A DNA stretch of 64,000 nucleotides, taken from contig JBDREQ010000020.1 of the NCBI GenBank assembly GCA_043819555.1, forward strand, positions 64,001 through 128,000, written 5' to 3'. Shown in pieces: positions 32,319-40,882 of the stretch. Position numbers and translations under genes: made by a program. Source of the stretch: Candidatus Zixiibacteriota bacterium (GTDB taxonomy: Bacteria > Zixibacteria > MSB-5A5 > GN15 > JAAZOE01). The notes under the pieces were generated by a model that searched no databases, was not told the origin of the DNA, and worked only from the letters and a program-made list of their open reading frames with translations. Positions within the stretch are counted from its first letter, which is position 1, and each line of letters starts with the position of its first letter.

Positions 32319-32711
32319 ATGAACTCCAAAAAAATCTTAGTTGTAGATGATGAACAAGCAATCAGATTATTAGTTTCGTCGCTTTTGCGCAAATTAGGAC
32401 ACAGCGCCATTATTTCCGAAAACGGTAAACAGGCAGTCGGTATTTATGAGCAATTTTCATCGGAGATAGATATTGCCATAATTGACATGCAAATGCCGGA
32501 AATGAGCGGGCCTGCAACCTATGAACGGCTAAAATCAATTGACCCTGATATCAAAGTTATTTTTTCCAGTGGTCAAATATGTGACCAGATGAATCAATTG
32601 GTCCGCGATTCCGGATGTATCTGTCTTGCAAAACCGTATAAAATGGCACAATTGACCGAGGCATTGGAAGAATTGGGTGCGTTTACAAAAATCGAAGGAA
32701 ATGACGATTGA
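32319..32711 (+). CDS. Single-domain response regulator
   Basis: ILVVDDE, IIDMQMPEMSG, IFSSG, AKPY. Confidence 0.92.
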   Translation: MNSKKILVVDDEQAIRLLVSSLLRKLGHSAIISENGKQAVGIYEQFSSEIDIAIIDMQMPEMSGPATYERLKSIDPDIKVIFSSGQICDQMNQLVRDSGCICLAKPYKMAQLTEALEELGAFTKIEGNDD

Positions 32712-32714
32712 TAT

Positions 32715-34406
32715 TTATATGTTCGAAATCTCGATTTCTTTGTCAGTGATTTTCTGATTAACTGGCAAAGCAATTATGAAATTAGTACCCTGGCCCGGTA
32801 TTGATTCCACCTTAATAGAACCTTTATGTTTATCAATTATCCCCTTACACACAATAAGCCCAATCCCGTGACCCGATTCCTTTGTCGTAAATTTTTCCTT
32901 AAATAATTTACCAATTTTATTTTCCGGAATTCCGCAGCCATAATCCTTTATAGAAATTTGGATAAGATCATTGTTTGGCTTGCTTGTTGAAATTTCAATT
33001 TTCTTAATTTCCGATTCCGATAAAGCATCAGCCGCGTTATTAAGAAAATTGTAGAGAACCTGCTCGAAAAGACTGGCGTCAATTTCAGCCTCCAGAACTT
33101 CCGTATTGGTTTTGATTTCGATGTCGAGATCCCTGAATCTCTTTTGTGGCTGCAAAAATTCCACGATTCTCTCCAGGAGCGAAATTACATCGGTAATCTT
33201 AAAAACAGCAGATTTGGCTGAAGAATGATCCATAAGATTTTTCGTGAACTGACTGATTTTATCAAGATGATTGTTTATAGATTCAGTAAACCTTTCCAAT
33301 CCTTCAGTAATGCCTTTTTGTAAGCGAATATTCATTAGTTGAAAATTAGCCATTACAACCCCGATATAATTATTCAGTTCATGGCCAATTTCAGCAGACA
33401 TTTGACCGCGTGTGGCCATTTTTTCCATCTGAATGGTTTGATCCTGCAAGTATTCAAGATTTTTATAGGCTTCTCGCGCTTCATCCAATAGCTGGAAATT
33501 CTCAAGCGATATCGCCAGCTGGCTGGCAATAAAGGATAGCAGTTGTGTGTCGGTGGATTCATTCTTATTTGCGGCATCATCATTAAATAAGGTAATGAAT
33601 CCCAGGATGTTACCGCCACGACACAGGGGTGCCAAAGTCGTCCCACCTGTTTCAAAGAACTGTTTAGGCAAGAAAGTATCCTGATTATTTTGAAATACTT
33701 CTGTGTCTCCCAAGGGATAATTCTCAATCGAATTAAGGAAAATTGGTTCAGTAAATTGTCGGATATTGCTCATGTCTTCATCGGAACACTCAAAATCAAT
33801 GGTTTCCGTGAACCCGACTTGATTTTCTTCCTGGTGCATAACTGTGATTTGATTGCACTTATTATTAATATAGACTGCGATTCCGAATATGGCCTTGCTT
33901 TGCACCATTGCGAATGATAATGATAGTCCAAGCAATGATGCCAAATCACCAGAAGCGTACATTTGTTTTGATAAATATGCTATTTTATTAAGCTCTTTGG
34001 ATAATGCCGCCGAACTATTCCACTCCATTTTTTGGACCGCCCGGGACATCGCCTGACGAATCTCAGATAATTCAAAAGGTTTCATTATATAATCATAGGC
34101 GCCTTCCTTGATGGCCTGCTTGGCGCTATCAAGATTGGCGTAACCCGTCATAAAAATAACGCCGATAGCAGGATTAAAATGTCGAATCTCACGCGCCAAT
34201 TCAATACCGTTCATATCAGGCATTCGGATATCAGTAAGTAAAAAATCAAATTGCTTATTTTTCGCGAGTTTAATTGCTTCTGATGGCGTTAAGCAAGTAG
34301 TTATTTCATAACCTTCATCGGTCAAAGTATCTTCGATGAGACTGAGAACAATTTGTTCATCGTCTACGACGAGTATACTGGCGATTATGTCAGTATTCTC
34401 ACTCAA
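32715..34406 (-). CDS. Cytoplasmic hybrid kinase REC-GAF-HisKA-HATPase
   Basis: REC (LVVDDE, TDIRMP, MKPF), GAF-like segment ending FIASQLAISLEN, H-box IGHELNN, N-box NFLNNAADA, DYGCG, GHGIGL; no TM. Confidence 0.92.
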   Translation of the reverse strand: MSENTDIIASILVVDDEQIVLSLIEDTLTDEGYEITTCLTPSEAIKLAKNKQFDFLLTDIRMPDMNGIELAREIRHFNPAIGVIFMTGYANLDSAKQAIKEGAYDYIMKPFELSEIRQAMSRAVQKMEWNSSAALSKELNKIAYLSKQMYASGDLASLLGLSLSFAMVQSKAIFGIAVYINNKCNQITVMHQEENQVGFTETIDFECSDEDMSNIRQFTEPIFLNSIENYPLGDTEVFQNNQDTFLPKQFFETGGTTLAPLCRGGNILGFITLFNDDAANKNESTDTQLLSFIASQLAISLENFQLLDEAREAYKNLEYLQDQTIQMEKMATRGQMSAEIGHELNNYIGVVMANFQLMNIRLQKGITEGLERFTESINNHLDKISQFTKNLMDHSSAKSAVFKITDVISLLERIVEFLQPQKRFRDLDIEIKTNTEVLEAEIDASLFEQVLYNFLNNAADALSESEIKKIEISTSKPNNDLIQISIKDYGCGIPENKIGKLFKEKFTTKESGHGIGLIVCKGIIDKHKGSIKVESIPGQGTNFIIALPVNQKITDKEIEISNI

Positions 34407-34809
34407 TTGAGACTCTCCGTACTCGGCAAATTTGAGATATTATCTTCCTGAGTTCATCCAAATCAAAAGGTTTTTGCAGGCAACACAATGCACCTTCCGC
34501 TGTTGCACTGGCGGCCAATTTATCAGGAAAACTATCGGTCAAAACAATCTTTGAATGAGGCTTTATGGCCATGAGTTCTCGCACTACTTCCAATCCATTT
34601 TTGAGAGGCATATGCACATCAGAAATAATTGCATTATAATCCTGAGCTATGGCTTGATTCAATCCGATCTCCCCGTTTTCCGCCGTATCGACCTGATATC
34701 CATCATCGGACAATATATCTAAAAGAAGATTTCTCATTATCGGTGAATCATCAATAACAAGAATTCTTAAGTTCTTAAAACCGGTCAAATTGTCCTCTTG
34801 CTTACCCAT
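34399..34809 (-). CDS. Single-domain response regulator
   Basis: ILVIDDS, SDVHMPLKNG, QKPF; start likely ATG 34809, 2 nt after the upstream stop. Confidence 0.9.
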   Translation of the reverse strand: MGKQEDNLTGFKNLRILVIDDSPIMRNLLLDILSDDGYQVDTAENGEIGLNQAIAQDYNAIISDVHMPLKNGLEVVRELMAIKPHSKIVLTDSFPDKLAASATAEGALCCLQKPFDLDELRKIISQICRVRRVSIE

Positions 34810-34811
34810 AT

Positions 34812-35174
34812 TTAACTTTCGAAACATTTTCTCACTTCATCACGCAACTGAACGATCGTAAAAGGTTTCGCCAGAAAACCGATAGCTCCCAGACGAACGC
34901 ATTCACTGGCAATATTCAATGATGTATAACCGGTTATCACCATAACCGGTAATTCTGAATTAAACTCTTTCGCATACTTTATGACTTCTTCACCGCCCTT
35001 TTTGGGCATCTTGATGTCGGTAATTATCAAATCAGGATTGAATTGAGGAATTTTGTCAATGGCATCTTGTCCATCAATTGCCTGACAAATACTATAATCC
35101 TCAAGCACTTCGGCAACGAATTCGCGAATTATTTCTTCATCATCTACAATAAGAATTCGGGCTGTTTGATTCAT
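34812..35174 (-). CDS. Single-domain response regulator
   Basis: ILIVDDE, TDIKMP, VITGY, AKPF. Confidence 0.92.
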   Translation of the reverse strand: MNQTARILIVDDEEIIREFVAEVLEDYSICQAIDGQDAIDKIPQFNPDLIITDIKMPKKGGEEVIKYAKEFNSELPVMVITGYTSLNIASECVRLGAIGFLAKPFTIVQLRDEVRKCFES

Positions 35175-35179
35175 GAATT

Positions 35180-36841
35180 TTAACTTTCTTTGTAGTCTTT
35201 TTTCAAGTCATTTATATCTATATCGGAATCCGGCACTTTTTTCTCAAGTGGCAGAATGATAGTAAAAGTTGTCCCGCAATCCTCAATCGATTCGACATTT
35301 ATCTCTCCACCATGCTCATGAATAATCCCGTAACTTACTGATAATCCCAATCCGGTACCCTGTCCGATGGACTTTGTTGTGAAGAACGGTTCGAATATAT
35401 TTTTCTGTATTTCAGTCGGGATGCCGATTCCGTCATCGGCAATGCTTATTTCTACCGCCCCTAAGAACTCTCCCAGGCCGGGCGAATGGCGGGAAGTAAT
35501 CAAAAGATTGCCTCCATTTTCCATAGCATGGAGGGCATTAATAATGATATTTGTAAAGACTTGCTGAAGCATTGCTGTATTACCCATGATAGCTGGAATA
35601 TTATCGGACAGGTCCGTCGCCAAATTTATTTTGTGCATTGAAAGTTGATGTTCAATGAGAGTGATAGTTTCCAGCAAAGTACTATTGATATCGACTTCGG
35701 ATTTTTCAATTTTCGAGGTTGATCGTGAAAACTTCAACAAATTCTGAACAATTTTCTTGCACCGCCTTGTTTGAATCTCAATATCTCGCAGATGCTTCTT
35801 GTATGATTCAAAATCTTTTTCTGTGATTTCAGAAAATGGCTTACGGTTCATTTTTTCCAAAGTATATTGACTGTAACCGAGAATCCCACCCAGGGGATTA
35901 TTTAATTCGTGGGCCACGCCCGCCGAAAGCTGACCAATGGCTGCCATTTTTTCGGTTTGGATAAGTTGCGATTGGGCCTTTTCCAGTTCATGCGTTCTTT
36001 CTATTATTTTTTCTTCCAAAGTGCGGTTATATTCTTCAATTTCCCATCGGGAGTCTTTTAGCGACTCGACCATTAAATCAAATGATGTCGCCAACTGGCC
36101 GATTTCATCAAATCGTTTAATTCCTGTCGTTAATGATAAATCGCCCTGAGCGATTTTTTCAGCAGCCGTGGCTAACTGCTCGATCGGTTTGGTAATTAAA
36201 TTTACAAACCCAAAAGTGAGCAGTATCGTCGCCGAAATCACCAGAAGAATGATTATGATTGCGCCGCGTACATTATTATCCGCCTCGGCCATTGTATTGG
36301 AAACAGATATCCCCAATCGAACATTACCGATTACCTCAGTGATTACATGACCTCGGGTTTTGCCTATATCGCCCAGGATTTCGCGTGAAACAATACTGTG
36401 AGTTGTCACAACCGCATGACATAATTCGTAATAATAATCCTCGACATTCTTATGAAATAATTTTCTGATTGTAATTGAATCTTCTTGATTTAAAATAGGA
36501 GGATTGGCAGGTATCTCTATGTCCAATTTTGACTTCTGGGCCAGGATGTCGCCGTCAAGATTCTGTATGACAATATAAGTAATATCCTGTTCTTTGACAG
36601 TCGCATCGATAAGCTCCATCAATACCATTTCGTTTTCGATAAACGTACCGTATTCGCAGTTGGCCGCCAAAACTTCGATCAGGGCTGAACCTTTATCGAT
36701 CAATCCCTCTTCGGTTGACCGAATTTGGGTCGAAATTAAGTAATAAGATACAGAAAAACCGCTGGCAATAATAAGAAGCGAAAACGTCAGGATAAATTTC
36801 ACCCGCAAGGAAAGAATTTTGAATTTGCCCAGGAGACTCAT
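35180..36841 (-). CDS. Membrane sensor histidine kinase (TM-periplasmic-TM-HAMP-HisKA-HATPase)
   Basis: Two TMs, HAMP (TKPIEQL...DEIGQLATSF), EKMAAIGQLSAGVAHELNNPL, FEPFFTTK, GTGLGLS. Confidence 0.95.
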   Translation of the reverse strand: MSLLGKFKILSLRVKFILTFSLLIIASGFSVSYYLISTQIRSTEEGLIDKGSALIEVLAANCEYGTFIENEMVLMELIDATVKEQDITYIVIQNLDGDILAQKSKLDIEIPANPPILNQEDSITIRKLFHKNVEDYYYELCHAVVTTHSIVSREILGDIGKTRGHVITEVIGNVRLGISVSNTMAEADNNVRGAIIIILLVISATILLTFGFVNLITKPIEQLATAAEKIAQGDLSLTTGIKRFDEIGQLATSFDLMVESLKDSRWEIEEYNRTLEEKIIERTHELEKAQSQLIQTEKMAAIGQLSAGVAHELNNPLGGILGYSQYTLEKMNRKPFSEITEKDFESYKKHLRDIEIQTRRCKKIVQNLLKFSRSTSKIEKSEVDINSTLLETITLIEHQLSMHKINLATDLSDNIPAIMGNTAMLQQVFTNIIINALHAMENGGNLLITSRHSPGLGEFLGAVEISIADDGIGIPTEIQKNIFEPFFTTKSIGQGTGLGLSVSYGIIHEHGGEINVESIEDCGTTFTIILPLEKKVPDSDIDINDLKKDYKES

Positions 36842-37833
36842 TTTATAACCTCCTTGGCAATCGCCAGCAATTCCTCGGGAATCTGAATACTAATTAGCCT
36901 GGCAGTTTTTTCATTATACTTGAAGTAAATTATACCAGCCCCGGGCGTTAGTACGGGAATTTCCGAGGGGTGTTTTCCTTTCAATACTTGTATGGTTATT
37001 TCACCAGCCTGACGGCCAATATCCTTAAAATCAAAATCAAGGGTAAATAGTCCGCCGGCCTCAACCAGAGCCTGAGAAAATCCCATTAGTGGAATTCTAT
37101 GACGCAGGGTCTGGAGAATTATATGCTGAGTTGATTGTGGGGTAAATATTTTTTGATCGGCTACCGTCCAAAAAGCGTCAACAATGGTGCACAAAGAATC
37201 CAATACTTTGGGAATCTCTCGTTCCGATTCTATCTTTGAGGCAATTAACTCAATGCCTAATTGCTTGGCTGCGATTTGTGCCGGGTGTATCAGGTTCTCA
37301 GTTTCATCCGAGTAAATAACGCCCATTTTTTTAATGTGCCCAACAACTTTTTGATAATACTTAAATTGTATGTTAGGCGGCACATCAAGAGCGGCGCCGC
37401 TTATATTCCCTCCCGGGTAATTCATCGATGAAACAAAACCCGATGCCGAAGGATTTATAACGGTCGCGAATATAATGGGTTTATTGGGGAAAAACCTGGA
37501 TGCTGTCAATGTTGCGAATGATCCTATGGTGATTAATATATCCGGATCAAACGACGCAATCTCATTCATCAATCCCGCATCCGCGGACTGCTCGCCGGTA
37601 AGAAGCGTATTTTTGTATAAAACTTCAAATTCCGAACTGTCCAGGGATTTTTTTAAGCCTCGAATAGTTCTTTGTGTAGAGGGGTCTTCATCAATGCTGA
37701 TAATGGCAACTTTTTTTGCATTGGATGCAAAGATCGAATCTGTGCAAATCCCCGGCAACAAAAGAACCAATAGGACATAAAGCGCTGCCGGTCCAACGGT
37801 AAATTGCTTTATTACCCGGACAAAAACCTGCAT
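36838..37833 (-). CDS. ABC-type substrate-binding protein (ABC_sub_bind-like), no cognate transporter nearby
   Basis: Signal/TM, PDILITIG, PIIFATV.NP, GGNISG, GVIYS, DIGRQAG, NEKTA..I.I.IP; ATGA overlap with the kinase gene. Confidence 0.85.
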   Translation of the reverse strand: MQVFVRVIKQFTVGPAALYVLLVLLLPGICTDSIFASNAKKVAIISIDEDPSTQRTIRGLKKSLDSSEFEVLYKNTLLTGEQSADAGLMNEIASFDPDILITIGSFATLTASRFFPNKPIIFATVINPSASGFVSSMNYPGGNISGAALDVPPNIQFKYYQKVVGHIKKMGVIYSDETENLIHPAQIAAKQLGIELIASKIESEREIPKVLDSLCTIVDAFWTVADQKIFTPQSTQHIILQTLRHRIPLMGFSQALVEAGGLFTLDFDFKDIGRQAGEITIQVLKGKHPSEIPVLTPGAGIIYFKYNEKTARLISIQIPEELLAIAKEVIK

Positions 37834-37935
37834 AACCGCCTATTATTTTTAATCAAGATGCTAAATTGTTGTATTCCTGCCGGATGAATCTAATAGTCAA
37901 CAGATGTAATACCGGCTGCACCATAACTATTTTGT

Positions 37936-37962
37936 GTATCGGACGCCTTCATAAAATCTTAA
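37936..37962 (-). promoter_or_regulatory. Candidate sigma28 (FliA/WhiG)-type promoter for SBP-kinase operon
   Basis: Minus strand TTAA-N15-TCCGATAC versus consensus TAAA-N15-GCCGATAA. Confidence 0.45.
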
Positions 37963-38073
37963 CCGGGATATACCTGGACCAAATTATCCAACCATTTGAA
38001 TAGCTGTCCTTAAGAAATATTTATAAAGAGGATTAATTAAATCGAAATATTAAAAAATATCAAAAACACGCTC

Positions 38074-38100
38074 TAAAGGAATGAGTGGGATTTCCGATAC
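38074..38100 (+). promoter_or_regulatory. Candidate sigma28 (FliA/WhiG)-type promoter for TonB receptor operon
   Basis: TAAA-N15-TCCGATAC. Confidence 0.5.
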
Positions 38101-38135
38101 CTAAAAAGACATATATATCTAATGCGTAATGAAAA

Positions 38136-40856
38136 ATGTCCAATTATGAATACTTTTTTAAAAAGTATTCATACAAAACGAAGGAGTCGGGCTTGTTGGC
38201 ATTAAACAATGCAGCCAGGCTATTTATCCTGTTCAGTTTTCTTGTGCCACTTTGCGTTTCTACCGCATTTGGGGGTACGACAGGAAAAATAGCTGGAATG
38301 GTGGCTAGTGCGGAAACAGGGGAAGAACTGAGGGGAGCAACTATCCGAGTTCTGGAAACTCAAACGGCAACAATGACTGACCCGGATGGAGAATTTTATA
38401 TCATCAATCTACCGGTTGGTGTTTATACATTGGATATCTCGATAATCGGATATGAATCAGCGATTGTCCGGGAAGTCAGAGTTTTAATGGACCTGACTAC
38501 TCCGGTTGAAATTAACCTAGATGTCAGTCCGGTGGATCTTAACAAATCAGTGACAGTCTATGCTAAACAACCATTAATACAACGCGATAAGACATCATCG
38601 GGGGCGATTGTCACTCGCGATGATATCATGGCTCTTGCTGATGCCAGAGATGTCGGTAGTATTATTTCAAATATGAGCGGTTCTGTTGTCGGTGGCGATG
38701 GCGCGGTGCATGTTCGCGGCGGACGTATGGGGACATTATCATACTTCTTTGACGGATTCTCGGTTCAGGATCCTTTTTTCTCCACCATGGGAATGAGAAT
38801 AGTCCCTGAAGCCCTGGAAGAGCTGTCAATGACTTCAGGCGGCTTGGCCCCTGAATATGGCGAAGCCCTGGCTGGTGTGGTCAACGCCATTACTCGCGAA
38901 GGTACCGATGAATTTCAGGGGCGTCTAAAAGTCTTCGACGGTGCCTCTCACACCTACAATGTTTATACTGGTGAATTCAGTAATCTTAGGCGAATTAATA
39001 ATCATAACATTTCTCTTGATCTTTCAGGACCAATCGCCAGAATTGGCGAACGTAACGCCACCTTTTTCACCTATTTGGAATTTGAGCGCAATGATGGATA
39101 TTTACCTCATAATCGGCACAAATCATATTCCGGAGTCGGTAAAATTGTTTCCTACCTGTCGAATAACACCAAATTGACATTTAACGGCGCCTACCATAGT
39201 TCTGACGAGCAAAGATATAATCACCGGGATAATAACCTTCTGTCTTATGATTTCAATCTTGATGGTTCCGGAAAATATGAGGATAAATCGTACCTATTCG
39301 GTGTTAAATTTGACGTTAACAAATCAGCCAATACAGTGTACTCATTCAAAGTCAATAAATTCAGAACGCAACGAAAATTGGCGCCGGAACATCTTTTTGA
39401 TTTGTATTGGAACCAATGGCCTGGTTATTCTGAAGATGAAAACGGAGTTTATAATGGCACTATTCAGGATTCCAACTATATTCGTTCCCCGGAATACTAT
39501 TACTGGGGTTACACCACAGGTGATGATTTTTATCCGGTCTATATGGAACGATGGTCGGATTATTCAGGCGCGAATTTTTCATTGCTGTCACAGCTTGACA
39601 AATTTCATCAGTTGAAATTTGGATGGGATCTGCGTCATTATGAACTGCATTGGGATACACGCCAATTTTTCAATGAATTACCATACGGTGAAACCTATAC
39701 CGCATTTCCCTGGATCGGTGCGGCTTATCTGCAGGATAAAATCGAACTTAATGACCTGATCGTAAATATTGGCATGAGGTTTGACTATCTTAATTCTGAC
39801 GCCGAATACTGGAATGATCCAATTGAGCATGATTATAAGAAAAACGCAAAAGCAAAATATCAGATTTCACCGCGACTTGGTATTTCACATCCGATCAGCG
39901 AAAATTCGGTATTGCATTTCAATTACGGCTACCTGTTTCAACCCCCTCAGGCCTCGATTATGTACACCAACCTGAAAGGCGAACTCGATAGCGGATTTCC
40001 GCTATTCGGCAATCCTGATTTGGAAGCCGAAAAAAGCATTTACTATGAACTTGGCCTGACTCAGTTGCTGAATAACAATATCAGGATGCAGATTACCACA
40101 TACTATAAAGATATCAGTAATATGGTGGGCGCCCGCGAAGTTGTTGACGGCATCAATAATTATACCGTCTACATCAACTCCGATTACGGTTCAACTAAGG
40201 GCGTTGATCTTATTCTGGAAACGACTAATCAGAAACTGCTCAACTGGTCGCTCAACTACTCATATATGATTGCACGCGGAAACGCCTCCGACCCGGATGA
40301 TTGGTATTATAATTATTACACCATACTCGATTTGGATGATCGGCCTGAAATCCCGACCCGCGAATATCCGTTGGCATTTGACCAACGACACAGCCTGTCA
40401 GCTGTTATTGATTTACAGGTGCCCAGATATGAAAAGCTGCGGGTATTAGGAAAGAAAATGCCGACGGCCTGGGGAATTAACCTCCTGGCACGCTATGGCT
40501 CAGGATTAGCTTATACCAGAACAGATAAGAATGGCCGACCGGTAGGTTCGCTTAATGATGAACGACTGCCTTCAACTCTTAGAATAGATTCGCGCTTTAA
40601 TAAAGATTTCTATTTGGCACAAAACAGCGATAGATACATGACTTTTTATATCGAGGTTGTGAACCTGTTTAACCGGAAAAACGTTCGCCAGGTTTACACT
40701 TCGACCGGAAAACCGGATGACGATGGTTTTGATGTCCTGAATATTTCGAGCGCGACATATGAGGAAGAAGTGCTTTATCATAGTCTTTTGGAAAGAGATC
40801 CCCAAAACTACGAGCCTCCGAGGCAACTCCGGTTTGGCTTGGAGTTTAATTTCTAA
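38136..40856 (+). CDS. TonB-dependent receptor with N-terminal carboxypeptidase-regulatory-like domain
   Basis: GTTGKIAG.V...TGE.L.GA, plug VHVRGGR, GG..PEYG...GVVN..TREG, SPRLGISHPI, GNPDL.AEK, C-terminal RQLRFGLEFNF; probable true start TTG 38193 after AAGGAG. Confidence 0.92.
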   Translation: MSNYEYFFKKYSYKTKESGLLALNNAARLFILFSFLVPLCVSTAFGGTTGKIAGMVASAETGEELRGATIRVLETQTATMTDPDGEFYIINLPVGVYTLDISIIGYESAIVREVRVLMDLTTPVEINLDVSPVDLNKSVTVYAKQPLIQRDKTSSGAIVTRDDIMALADARDVGSIISNMSGSVVGGDGAVHVRGGRMGTLSYFFDGFSVQDPFFSTMGMRIVPEALEELSMTSGGLAPEYGEALAGVVNAITREGTDEFQGRLKVFDGASHTYNVYTGEFSNLRRINNHNISLDLSGPIARIGERNATFFTYLEFERNDGYLPHNRHKSYSGVGKIVSYLSNNTKLTFNGAYHSSDEQRYNHRDNNLLSYDFNLDGSGKYEDKSYLFGVKFDVNKSANTVYSFKVNKFRTQRKLAPEHLFDLYWNQWPGYSEDENGVYNGTIQDSNYIRSPEYYYWGYTTGDDFYPVYMERWSDYSGANFSLLSQLDKFHQLKFGWDLRHYELHWDTRQFFNELPYGETYTAFPWIGAAYLQDKIELNDLIVNIGMRFDYLNSDAEYWNDPIEHDYKKNAKAKYQISPRLGISHPISENSVLHFNYGYLFQPPQASIMYTNLKGELDSGFPLFGNPDLEAEKSIYYELGLTQLLNNNIRMQITTYYKDISNMVGAREVVDGINNYTVYINSDYGSTKGVDLILETTNQKLLNWSLNYSYMIARGNASDPDDWYYNYYTILDLDDRPEIPTREYPLAFDQRHSLSAVIDLQVPRYEKLRVLGKKMPTAWGINLLARYGSGLAYTRTDKNGRPVGSLNDERLPSTLRIDSRFNKDFYLAQNSDRYMTFYIEVVNLFNRKNVRQVYTSTGKPDDDGFDVLNISSATYEEEVLYHSLLERDPQNYEPPRQLRFGLEFNF

Positions 40857-40882
40857 TGGATGAAAATCACGAGGATTTAAAA

